This document shows, one piece after another, positions 1 through 8,412 of a stretch of 32,000 bases of DNA. This stretch comes from an uncultured delta proteobacterium (GTDB lineage Bacteria > Desulfobacterota > RBG-13-43-22), in contig CAVQSS010000014.1 in assembly GCA_963716045.1 (NCBI GenBank), positions 29,972 to 61,971 of the forward strand, in the 5' to 3' direction. The number at the start of each line of letters is the position of its first letter. The first letter of the stretch is position 1. Made by a program: the position numbers and the translations under genes. The notes under the pieces are model-generated. The model searched no databases. It had not been told where the DNA came from and worked only from the letters and a program-made list of their open reading frames with translations.

Positions 1-713
1 GCCTCCACCACCGAACGGGCAAATCGAACCACGTTACCCCGGTTTTCCCCCAGGAAAACCTCGTTCCGGTCCGCCACATGTTGGGCCGAGCGCCCTTCCG
101 CGCCCCCGTGAAAAGAGACGATCACCAGGTCGTGGTTGGCTTTGAGTTGCCGGACGATTTCCACGGCCGGGGTAATGTCCAGAATCGAATAGGAATATTT
201 GGACGGTTTATACGAGAAGCCCGCCACCACGACTCGCTTCCCCCTGATTTCGAAAAAAGCCAGGGAGGTCCCGCCCGCGTACTTGATCCCGGCATTCTGA
301 AGGGTCTCCAGGGTGTTCCGGATGCCTTCCGGGCCGAAATCCCAGGCATGGTTATTGGCGATGTTGACCACGTTAAAACCGTTCTGCTTCAAGTGCCCGG
401 CATAGCGGGTCGGAGTCCTGAATTCAAAGCACCAGGGGCCTTTTTCTTCCCGGCATTTCCCCCCCTCTTCCCCATCCGACAGGATACCTTCCAGGTTTCC
501 GAAGACCAGATCGCCGCCCCGGAGATGCTCACTAACCTCCTGAAACAGGCCTTCCCCGTCGCCCGGCGGCAGCGCGGTCCGTTGCCCGGTGGAGCCCATC
601 ATGATGTCCCCCACGGCGGTAATGGTCAAGGGATCGCTGCCCGCCGGGAGCAAGACGGGTAGTCCGAGGAGCAGGAGACCGAGAATGATCGGTATTTTAA
701 GATTACAAGCCAT
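1..713 (-). CDS. CapA/PGA_cap-family (metallophosphatase-like, poly-gamma-glutamate synthesis CapA family) protein; C-terminus cut by the window edge
   Basis: Absent from the ORF track because no stop lies inside the window. My reverse-strand translation from the ATG at 713..711 gives MACNLKIPIILGLLLLGLPVLLPAGSDPLTITAVGDIMMGS...GDLVFGNLEG...WCFEFRTPTRYAGHLKQNGFNVVNIANNHAWDFGPEG...GIKYAGG. That is a signal peptide plus the GD-I-M, GNLE and ANNH motifs typical of the CapA family. The listed + ORF 78..662 is its antisense shadow. Confidence 0.75.
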   Translation of the reverse strand, partial: MACNLKIPIILGLLLLGLPVLLPAGSDPLTITAVGDIMMGSTGQRTALPPGDGEGLFQEVSEHLRGGDLVFGNLEGILSDGEEGGKCREEKGPWCFEFRTPTRYAGHLKQNGFNVVNIANNHAWDFGPEGIRNTLETLQNAGIKYAGGTSLAFFEIRGKRVVVAGFSYKPSKYSYSILDITPAVEIVRQLKANHDLVIVSFHGGAEGRSAQHVADRNEVFLGENRGNVVRFARSVVE

Positions 714-753
714 AATTCATCAATACCCAAATTGGATTTGCAGGCAATTCCTC

Positions 754-837
754 GTCATCCCCGAAGGCCTTTATCGGGGATCCAGTATTCCTTAAGAAAA
801 GCCTGGATTCCCACCCAGAAACGTTGCGGGAATGACG
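754..837. repeat. Two inverted copies of a ~32-nt palindromic intergenic element (cgtcatYccc...gggRatccag)
   Basis: Copy 1 (754-785) contains a perfect 8-bp stem, atccccga (757-764) / tcggggat (774-781). Copy 2 (803-837) is the reverse complement of the same consensus (ctggattccc...gggaatgacg) with its own stem, attccc / gggaat. Confidence 0.6.
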
Positions 838-999
838 CTTTATGAGGTTGTTACTGTTTTGAAAACATTTTTAATTGCTACCCTCGATCGGGGGAGGATT
901 ATAGCACAGGGAGTAATTTCATTAGGCAATAATTTTTTCTACCGCTTTTCACTAATTTTTGTTATTTTTATCTAAATTCAGGGAAGGAGAACTCTGCGG

Positions 1000-1737
1000 A
1001 TGCGCCTGATCTTCCTGGGGACCAACGGCTGGTACGATACCCCTACCGGCAACACCGTCTGTATTCTGCTGGAGACTCAAAAAGAAACCATCATCCTGGA
1101 TGCCGGCAACGGCCTTCACAAGATCGACCGTTATCTGGACCCCAGCAAACCGATTTACCTCTTTATAAGCCATTTCCATCTGGACCATGTGGTGGGTCTG
1201 CATATTCTGAACAAATTCAATTTATCCCGGGGAATTGAGGTCTACGGGCCACCAGGGACCAAAAAATTTCTGACGCAGTTAATCCGCCAACCCTTCACCG
1301 CCAACCTTAATAACCTGAATACCCCTTTGCGAATCCACGATCGGCTTTCCCTTGCGACCCTGCCTTTTTCAGTGGAATCGAAAAAATTATCCCATGTTTC
1401 TCCCTGCTACGGCTACCGCTTTACCCTGGAGAATAAGACCATCGTCTATTGCACCGATACCGGGCCTTGCCGCAATCTGGGGCTCCTGGCCCGGCAGGCC
1501 GATCTGCTGATTACCGAATGCGCCTACAAGGGAGGGGAAACCACCAAATGGCCCCACCTCAATCCCGTGTTGGCCGCCCAGGCCGCTCAAGAGGCCGGCG
1601 CCAAAAAATTGGTCCTGGTCCATTTTGACGCCAGTTTATATACCACGCTAAAGGACCGCCGGGAGGCCCAGGCCAAGGCCCGAAAGATCTTTCCCAACAC
1701 CCTGGCCGCCCGGGACGATCAGGAAATATCAATATAA
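1000..1737 (+). CDS. MBL-fold metallo-hydrolase (RNase Z / beta-lactamase superfamily)
   Basis: 245-aa ORF with an N-terminal LIFLGTNG strand and the canonical HxHxDH motif (SHFHLDHVVG). GGAGAA lies upstream of the ATG. Confidence 0.85.
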   Translation: MRLIFLGTNGWYDTPTGNTVCILLETQKETIILDAGNGLHKIDRYLDPSKPIYLFISHFHLDHVVGLHILNKFNLSRGIEVYGPPGTKKFLTQLIRQPFTANLNNLNTPLRIHDRLSLATLPFSVESKKLSHVSPCYGYRFTLENKTIVYCTDTGPCRNLGLLARQADLLITECAYKGGETTKWPHLNPVLAAQAAQEAGAKKLVLVHFDASLYTTLKDRREAQAKARKIFPNTLAARDDQEISI

Positions 1738-1754
1738 AGCAACTCCATACTAAA

Positions 1755-1865
1755 CCCCCAGGCCCGGGGGGCACCCCAAGGCATTTAAATCCCCCCCCGC
1801 CCCCCTTTTTCTAAGGGGGGAGTCAAAGTCCCCCTTTGACAAAGGGGGATTTAGGGGGATTTTAA
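1755..1865. repeat. Cluster of G/C-run palindromes just after the MBL gene stop (possible terminator or dispersed REP-like element)
   Basis: Three elements are visible: ccccc(1755-59)...ggggg(1766-70); c-run 1791-1805 followed by ttttt ctaa gggggg; and a perfect palindrome tccccctttg-a-caaaggggga (1829-1849) interleaved with gtcaaag/ctttgac. The region is followed by tttagggggatttt. Confidence 0.5.
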
Positions 1866-1981
1866 CAGGGCTGGAATAACTACCAAGCCACTGTCGAAGA
1901 CTGGATTCGGGATCGGGTCCGGACAACACCAAGAGGTGAAGAAGTCATCGGATTTTGATTCGTTCCACTTAAAGGATAGAC

Positions 1982-2563
1982 ATGAAAAAAATCATTGCCA
2001 TTTACGGCAGCCCGCGGCGGAAAGGCAACACCGCGCTCCTGCTGGACCAGGCGGTTCAAGGGGCCGAGGAAGCCGGCGCGGCAGTGGAAAAAATCGTTCT
2101 TGGGGATTTGGAGATCTCCCCCTGTCTGGAAATTTACGGCTGCAAGGAAACAGGCCGCTGCAGCCTTCAGGATGACTTTCAAAAAGTCTACGACCAGCTT
2201 CAGCAATGCCAAGGATTGATGCTGGCCTCCCCCATCTTTTTCTATACGGTCAGCGCCCAGACCAAAATCCTCATGGACCGCTGCCAATCCTTCTGGGTCA
2301 AAAAATACTGGATCGAGAAAGTCCCTTTCGGGCAAAAAAACTATCCCCGTAAGGGTCTTTTTATTTCCGTGGGAGCGACTTCCGGAAAAAAGCTTTTTGA
2401 CGGGGCGCTTCAAACCGTAACCTATTTTTTTGACGTCCTGGACATGGAATTGTGGCAGGCCCTGCTGTACCGCGGCCTGGATTTTGAGGGAGATGTCCTG
2501 AAGCACCCGGAATATCTGGAGGAAGCCTTCAACCAGGGAAAGGCCTTCGCCCAAGGGCTGTGA
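1982..2563 (+). CDS. Flavodoxin-like fold NADPH-dependent FMN reductase / iron-sulfur flavoprotein (Isf-like)
   Basis: N-terminus MKKIIAIYGSPRRKGNT (FMN phosphate-binding loop), a Cys cluster PCLEIYGCKETGRC, then ASPIFFYTVSAQTKILMDR. This is typical of the family. Confidence 0.75.
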   Translation: MKKIIAIYGSPRRKGNTALLLDQAVQGAEEAGAAVEKIVLGDLEISPCLEIYGCKETGRCSLQDDFQKVYDQLQQCQGLMLASPIFFYTVSAQTKILMDRCQSFWVKKYWIEKVPFGQKNYPRKGLFISVGATSGKKLFDGALQTVTYFFDVLDMELWQALLYRGLDFEGDVLKHPEYLEEAFNQGKAFAQGL

Positions 2564-2635
2564 ATGGACGGCTCCAATCAAAATTTCCTTATTGAGACTG
2601 ATCTTGATATATTCTCAAAAAGTCCTTCACAGAAT

Positions 2636-2915
2636 GCTTGTCATTCTGAGTACATTCGCTTCGCTCAGTATGAACTCCGCGAAGAATCTCGTTTTTTCAT
2701 CAGCTTGATAGATCCTTAGCCGAGTTTATCCTGACCAAAGGCCAAGTCCATTCGCAGAGTTTACCCTGAGCCGAAAACCGAGATCCTTCGCAGAGTTTAA
2801 CCTGAGCCGAAAACCGAGATCCTTCGCGTTGCTCAGGATGACAGTCAGGCGAAGGGCTCAGGATGACAGGCAGCCGAAGGGCTCAGGATGACAGGCGCAG
2901 AGTTCAGGATAACAG
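2636..2915. repeat. Composite MITE-like repeat block with nested inverted ends and internal tandem repeats
   Basis: The left end gtcattctgag (2640-2650) and cgcgaagaatctc (~2678-2690) are mirrored on the right by gagatccttcgcg-ttg-ctcaggatgac (2816-2842). Inside there is a 36-bp unit ttcgcagagtttaMcctgagccgaaaaccgagatcc x2 (2751-2822) and a 25-bp unit containing gctcaggatgacag at 2831, 2856 and 2881, plus a degenerate copy at 2902. Confidence 0.7.
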
Positions 2916-3008
2916 TTTGGACCTTTTTGCGAGGTTATCAATTTTTAGCTTTTTGAAAAATCACTTGGTCTATTATCAAGCAGGTGGGAATCCAGGAGGG
3001 TTCACAAT

Positions 3009-3428
3009 ATGAAATCCTATCGAAAAGAATTATGGTTCAACATCCCGGGGCGCCGGGCCTTCCTCAATATCACCGATGAGGTCGAGCGCTGTCTGAAAGA
3101 CAGCGGCATCCGGGAGGGCCTGATCCTGGTCAACGCCATGCACATCACCGCCTCGGTCTTTATCAATGACGACGAGTCCGGCCTGCACCGGGACTATGAC
3201 AAATGGCTGGAAAAACTGGCCCCCCACGAACCGGTCAGCCAGTATCTCCATAATCGCACCGGGGAGGATAACGGCGACGCCCACCTGAAACGCCAGGTCA
3301 TGGGCCGGGAGGTGGTGGTGGCCGTCACTGGGGGTAAACTCGATTTCGGCCCCTGGGAGCAGATTTTTTACGGGGAGTTTGACGGGGGAAGGAAGAAAAG
3401 GGTTTTGATGAAAATAATCGGAGAGTAA
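3009..3428 (+). CDS. yjbQ: YjbQ/UPF0047-family protein (secondary thiamine-phosphate synthase-like)
   Basis: 139 aa. It shows the family hallmarks ITDEV...GL..V...HTTA(S)...NE (here [15 protein letters not shown]), DNGDAHLK and [18 protein letters not shown]. Confidence 0.85.
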   Translation: MKSYRKELWFNIPGRRAFLNITDEVERCLKDSGIREGLILVNAMHITASVFINDDESGLHRDYDKWLEKLAPHEPVSQYLHNRTGEDNGDAHLKRQVMGREVVVAVTGGKLDFGPWEQIFYGEFDGGRKKRVLMKIIGE

Positions 3429-3598
3429 AGCAGTGGTATAATAACCTCGTAAAAAGGCGGATTACCCGTCATTGCTTCCCTGTAACATGATTTAATGGCA
3501 GAAGGGCATGATCCGCCACCCTCTCAAGCTGGCGAGTTTCCCAGGTTCCACCACTTTGGTCCTTCTGAAAGCGTTTGTCTGGTGGGAATCCTCACCCA

Positions 3599-6500
3599 CT
3601 AATAAAGGGTGATGGTCTTGATATTACTTTCTGCCTGGGTATTGTCCGACTCGAGGGTCTTCAATTGGACGTTGATCTGTCCGGTCCTGGTGCCCATGTT
3701 AGGCATCGTGAAGCTGACCCCGGTGTCCGTCCAATTGGTGAAAGTCGTAACCGTATAGGTTCCATTGTCAATTATGACCTGACCGGGGCGGGTTCCGAAG
3801 CCCCCGCCGTAGATCGTTACCGTAGTTCCGCCGGACTTAGGTACCGAAAGAGGCGAGACGGAGGTAATATCCGGCGTAACCAGCTCGACGTTCACCGTCG
3901 GCGTATTGGTCCCGTGATTGACCAGTACGGCCCGGTAGTTGCGGTAGGTCTGGAGGTCGCCCACCACCCCGGAAATCCAGACTTGGGTGGAGGGTGGGAG
4001 CTTGAACTCTTTTATTAGGGGCAACCCGCCGCTCGGCACCGGGGTCTGCTCGCCCAGGATGTAGAGCGTCTGGGTGGAAGGGTCGAGGTTCCGGACCCGG
4101 AGGACATAGGTCCGGGCCTTCACCGTCGGGTAGAGGGCGTCATTGGGTCCCATCTTCCAGGCGATTGAACTGTAACGCGGCGGAGCGGCGCTGGCCGTAC
4201 TGCCTGGCAAAACCGAGAACCGTTGGTCACGAACCGGCACGGCCACGCCGGACATCGGATTGAAGGACTGCCGCCAGAACCCCAGGAAAAAGTCCTTCGA
4301 CAGATCCCGGATGTCCTGCCCGGTGGCCGTCTTGAGGATGCCGTAGGTGTCGTCCCAACAGAGGGAGGTCCAGCAGGCGTCTATGGCCTCGTACATCCGG
4401 CGGACCGAGTTGGGGAAAATGTCCCCCATCCAGATCGTCAACGCGGCGGCGGAGTAAGCTTCCTCGGTGTCGTAACCGGAACCGAAGCCGGCGGGGATCG
4501 ACTTCTCGACAAACTGGATACCGCCCTCGATCACCGGCTTCATCCCGGCGACATTTTTGGTGGCCTCCCAGGCCACCCAGCCGGCAGCAGCCTCGTCGAT
4601 CCATTTGGTGGTGACGTTGGTCGTGTATTGCCTTTGGAAGGCATGCCCGACCTCGTGGGCCGTGGTGACCGCGAGGTGATCACCCCTGGTAATTTTATTG
4701 TTCAAATACACCCACGGTTGTCCGAAGACGCCCTTCGTGGTAGCCCCTCCGGTCCCCTTGGTGGGCGTCCAGGGGCCAAGATCCCGAATTGTGATGCTCT
4801 GCTGACCGGGCAGGAGTCGCCAACTTTGGCCTTTCAGCTTCTTGTAGGTGGCCACCGCGTTGTTCAGCACCTCATCTGCAAACGCCGTCGTGGCGTAGGA
4901 ACTGCTGGCCGGATCGCAGGTATACTCCACTTTGAAGAACTTATCCGGATCTTCGAGGGGCGTACAGGGCGCGGTTGCGGTCGAGACCACACCCACATGG
5001 CCGAGGGCGGTAGCGAGCGGCGCCTGGGTAGGGAAACCGCTGGTTGGTCCGGGAGCACTTAGCGCCCCCGGATTTGAGGTCAAAGCCGTACCGTAGGTAC
5101 CGGCCGGCACGGTCAGCGTAACCCGATGGTTGACGGAGTCGACCACCGCATCCGATATGACTAGATAGACCCCCGAGGTCGTGTCGAGGACACTGGCCGT
5201 CGGCGGCGAGCCCCGTCCCTGATCCGAATAGGGCAGAATCAATTGAACGGGTTTAAGGAGCTGATTTAACGGCGTGTTACCGTTTGCACCGTAACCTAAA
5301 TACACCCTGAATTCATACCCGCCATCGGTCTGTTCGGGATCGAAGAGGGAAAGGGTACGAGCCTGCCGACCCCCGAGTATCAGGTAGCACCCGTAATCAG
5401 GCAACGCACCCGGCGGGATGATCAGTCGGGCCCCGCCAAAACCGATCGTCACCCCATCCCGCACCGCTCCACAGCGGTTTGTAGTGACTCCGCCAGGAAC
5501 CCCTTCATCCTTGACCGTAACCTGAAGGATTCGCCCGTTGGTCTCGTTGGTGATCGTAAAAGTCCTTGCCTCGGAGAGTAGGGTGCAACGTCCCCAGGCC
5601 AGGTCATAGGGCGGGCTATATTTTGAACCAAAGGTCAGGGGGCCCGACCATAGGCCCTCGGCCCGAAGGGTTTGAGGGGTTTCCAGCGCCTGGTTGTGGT
5701 CCAGGCAGAGCCAGTCCCCTTTGGGAACTTCAAATGGATTCCTGGGCGTATCCAGATAGGGACTAACCTTCCAAACCGAACCCGCAACCGGCTGTCCACC
5801 GAAGGGTATGGTGATTTCATTGCTTTGCCGAGTCAAATTGGTTCCCGGTTCCAAACCGTTAAAGCGCAGTTTCACCGGAGTCCCTGCCGCCAGACCATCC
5901 AGGACAGTCTCGATCACGAAGCGGTCGGCATGGATGACGGCCCGGGTATCGGAAAGCACGGCGAGGTTGTCGGTAGTGTACACGCCCTTGGAGGTGGTCA
6001 AGGTCGCCTTCACCGCCTGTAGTTTCGAAAGATTTTTTCCCTCGATGATCCAAGTATGGCTCCCCTGCTCTCTAAATTGGGTGGGCAGTCCGGCGTCGGT
6101 GATAAAATAAGGGGCCAATAATCCCTCCGCTTCGGTGGTCGAGGACAGAAACACATCCATCGGTGAGATGATAGTGTATGATTGTGATTCTCCCCACTCG
6201 CCGGCGATCCCGTCGAGTCGGGCGGCGGATATCGGCCCGGTGCGGGCACCTTCCGGGATGGTCAGGGTGGCGATTTGATAATAGGTAGAATTGGGGATGA
6301 AGTGGACCGCGGTCACTCGGGCGGAAGCGCCGGTGGCCCCGCCAAAGTTGATGACGTTCTGGGCCGGTTCGAGGCTGAACCCGTGGCCCACTATTTCGAC
6401 CACATCTCCTATAGCCCCTAAGTAATTGTGGTCCGGATACGAGTTGTACCAAGGGTCCGGGATCGCCGGCTCCAGATCCGGGGGGCCGGCAGGAATGTTC

Positions 6501-7009
6501 CTGACTGTTAGCGAGGGTCCCTGGTTCTGGGCCATGGGACGGCCGCCGATGAATACCTCTACCGACCAACCGGCGCCGCCGCCATTATGGACTCCCAGCG
6601 AGGCATAGGGCACGACCACCGAAATCTCCCCGTTCTGAACGGAGACGACCTTCCCCTGGGCCCGTTTTCCCCAAAAGGAAAACCAGACCACGACCTGGGA
6701 GGCCTCGGTGCCGAATCCGAAGCCGCCGAGGCGCACGGTTTCGCCCACGTTCGCCTCTACCGGATAGACCCAGGCGACCCCATGCTCTCCGGGCTGGGAG
6801 GTCGGGGGGGCAAGATCGCTATTTTGCACCGTGTTGGACAAGTACAGACGATACGGCGGCTTAGGAATCGGGTCAGCCTCGAGACCCGAAGCCGCGCCGG
6901 CAACCGTGCACATGACCGCTATGACTAGAACAAGAATTGAGACCAGGTCTATCACCGCCGATATAGGTTTCCTTGCCTGCCGAGTCCGTCCGTTTCCCGA
7001 AAAATCCAT
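3599..7009 (-). CDS. Large secreted/membrane-anchored multi-IPT/TIG-domain protein with an HExxH zinc-metallopeptidase-like core
   Basis: The ORF is open to 7117, but the ATG at 7009 (MDFSGNGRT...) sits 4 nt after a strong SD (GAGGGAGGAGGCAGG ATG). A hydrophobic anchor/signal follows (VIDLVSILVLVIAVMCTVAGAASG). IPT/TIG-like segments occur near the N-terminus (VGETVRLGGFGFG; GDVVEIVGHGFS) and at the C-terminus (ITSVSPLSVPKSGGTTVTIYGGGFG). An HExxH motif lies in TTAHEVGHAFQRQY. Confidence 0.7.
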   Translation of the reverse strand: MDFSGNGRTRQARKPISAVIDLVSILVLVIAVMCTVAGAASGLEADPIPKPPYRLYLSNTVQNSDLAPPTSQPGEHGVAWVYPVEANVGETVRLGGFGFGTEASQVVVWFSFWGKRAQGKVVSVQNGEISVVVPYASLGVHNGGGAGWSVEVFIGGRPMAQNQGPSLTVRNIPAGPPDLEPAIPDPWYNSYPDHNYLGAIGDVVEIVGHGFSLEPAQNVINFGGATGASARVTAVHFIPNSTYYQIATLTIPEGARTGPISAARLDGIAGEWGESQSYTIISPMDVFLSSTTEAEGLLAPYFITDAGLPTQFREQGSHTWIIEGKNLSKLQAVKATLTTSKGVYTTDNLAVLSDTRAVIHADRFVIETVLDGLAAGTPVKLRFNGLEPGTNLTRQSNEITIPFGGQPVAGSVWKVSPYLDTPRNPFEVPKGDWLCLDHNQALETPQTLRAEGLWSGPLTFGSKYSPPYDLAWGRCTLLSEARTFTITNETNGRILQVTVKDEGVPGGVTTNRCGAVRDGVTIGFGGARLIIPPGALPDYGCYLILGGRQARTLSLFDPEQTDGGYEFRVYLGYGANGNTPLNQLLKPVQLILPYSDQGRGSPPTASVLDTTSGVYLVISDAVVDSVNHRVTLTVPAGTYGTALTSNPGALSAPGPTSGFPTQAPLATALGHVGVVSTATAPCTPLEDPDKFFKVEYTCDPASSSYATTAFADEVLNNAVATYKKLKGQSWRLLPGQQSITIRDLGPWTPTKGTGGATTKGVFGQPWVYLNNKITRGDHLAVTTAHEVGHAFQRQYTTNVTTKWIDEAAAGWVAWEATKNVAGMKPVIEGGIQFVEKSIPAGFGSGYDTEEAYSAAALTIWMGDIFPNSVRRMYEAIDACWTSLCWDDTYGILKTATGQDIRDLSKDFFLGFWRQSFNPMSGVAVPVRDQRFSVLPGSTASAAPPRYSSIAWKMGPNDALYPTVKARTYVLRVRNLDPSTQTLYILGEQTPVPSGGLPLIKEFKLPPSTQVWISGVVGDLQTYRNYRAVLVNHGTNTPTVNVELVTPDITSVSPLSVPKSGGTTVTIYGGGFGTRPGQVIIDNGTYTVTTFTNWTDTGVSFTMPNMGTRTGQINVQLKTLESDNTQAESNIKTITLY

Positions 7010-7283
7010 CCTGCCTCCTCCCTCAACCATTCCTGTTATCGGCGGATTTGTTGCCAACATGAACCACCTAAAAAAATAAACCCTTGACCGGGCCTGTGGC
7101 AATTTAATTTCGTTCATATTGCCGTTGGGGTCATAGGCAAAGTGGCTGACGCACCCCGGCGGGCTGGGTCTCGGTGAGTATCAGAACAAAGATCCGGCTC
7201 CAGTTTTGCCACCTATAACATCTTTTTATGAAGAAGGCATTAGGATTTCACTTCCTCGGTTTTTCTTGGTGGTGATTTTACCC

Positions 7284-7469
7284 GGGATTATGACCGCTGG
7301 CTGGAAAAACTGGCCCCCCACGAACCGGTCAGCCAGTATCTCCACAACCGGACCGGGGAGGACAACGGCGACGACCACCTGAAACGCCAGGTCATGGGCC
7401 GAAAGGTGGTGGTGGCCGTCTCCGGGGGAAAACTCGATTTCGGCCCCTGGGAGCATATTTTTTATGGGA
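7284..7469 (+). pseudogene. Relic of the 3' part of a second yjbQ-family gene (no N-terminal ~60 codons, no start)
   Basis: Hand translation gives [62 protein letters not shown]. By eye it is roughly nine-tenths identical at nucleotide level to 3191-3376 of the intact copy. The track ORF 7226..7534(-) is its antisense. Confidence 0.7.
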
Positions 7470-7592
7470 ATCGAAAACCCTTTCAGCCAATCAACTAACT
7501 TTGGGATAAACCCTAAAATCAAAAAGGATAGCAAAGACGGCTTTAACCCCTAAACCTCCTCTGGTGTCCAAAAAGCTAAGGAGGATTTTGAG

Positions 7593-8402
7593 ATGTCCAC
7601 GCGAAAGTTTTCTTCCCTCTTTTTATTCGGGATAATTTTATTGGCCTTGACTCCCAGGCATAGTCTATTGGCCGATTCTACAGAAGTCACCCGCCCTGAC
7701 CCTGCCCTGATTCAGACGGCTTTCCCCAGAAATGAAAAAATGATCTATGAACTCACTTGGCTGGGGATCAAAGCCGGAACGGTGTCCATTAATATTCGTC
7801 AAAAAGAAAGCGGGAACTGGTATATCCTGGGTGAAGCTCGATCCTCGCCCCTCTTCTCTATCTTCTTTCCGGTCGAAGATCGTTTCGAAACGGAAATGGG
7901 ACCGGAAATGTTTCCGGAATGGATTACGCTACAACAGCACGAAGGGTGCTACAAGGCTTTTCGACGGGTCACTTTTCAACAAGACCGCCTCAGGGTCATC
8001 AGCGAGAAAGATGGTGATCCTTCCAAAACCTATAAACTGAACAGGCCGTCACACAACGAACTTACCTCCTTTTTGGTTTTAAGGACTCTTCCGCTAAAGG
8101 AAGGGCGTTCAGTCTTTCTGGAGACCTTTGCTTCGGATAGAAGTTATACGGTGGAAGTCAAGGTCCTTAAAAAGGAACGCCTGCAAACCAATTTCGGAGA
8201 AATTAACGCAATTAAAGTTAGGCCGGAGTTGCCCTTTAAAACCGTTCAGGAACAAAAGGGAGAATTTTATGCCTGGTTTACCGACGACCAACGGCGCCTC
8301 CCGATCAAGCTCCAGGGGGGTGTCATCCTAGGCTCCATGGTCGGTATATTGGTTGAATGGCAAGTGGACGATAAACCCATATTCCGGAAACCTGACTCCT
8401 GA
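7593..8402 (+). CDS. DUF3108-family secreted protein
   Basis: Strong SD (AAGGAGG) 8 nt before the ATG and a signal peptide. The block YELTWLGIKAGTVSINI and the overall length (269 aa) fit DUF3108 as I remember the family. Confidence 0.6.
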   Translation: MSTRKFSSLFLFGIILLALTPRHSLLADSTEVTRPDPALIQTAFPRNEKMIYELTWLGIKAGTVSINIRQKESGNWYILGEARSSPLFSIFFPVEDRFETEMGPEMFPEWITLQQHEGCYKAFRRVTFQQDRLRVISEKDGDPSKTYKLNRPSHNELTSFLVLRTLPLKEGRSVFLETFASDRSYTVEVKVLKKERLQTNFGEINAIKVRPELPFKTVQEQKGEFYAWFTDDQRRLPIKLQGGVILGSMVGILVEWQVDDKPIFRKPDS

Positions 8403-8412
8403 TTTTTCCCTT

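Noticed and set aside
78-662. 194-aa + strand ORF at the left edge
   Set aside because: It is Arg/Gly/Pro-rich with no motifs, and it lies exactly antisense to a clearly recognisable CapA-family reading frame (1..713, minus).
2751-2915. 36-bp and 25-bp tandem repeats as a mini-CRISPR
   Set aside because: There are only 2-4 directly abutting copies with no spacers. They are embedded in an inverted-repeat MITE-like structure, and no cas genes lie nearby.
3575-7079. Numerous + strand ORFs (for example 4223..5062, 279 aa) and alternative-frame minus ORFs inside the 3599..7009 gene
   Set aside because: These are shadow ORFs typical of GC-rich coding DNA. They have low-complexity R/G/P composition and are nested within a 1136-codon ORF that has real domain motifs.
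7010-7117. N-terminal extension of the large protein (track start MNEIKLPQ at 7117)
   Set aside because: No SD precedes 7117, whereas GAGGGAGGAGG directly precedes the ATG at 7009. The extension also contains what looks like foreign (YD-like) sequence.
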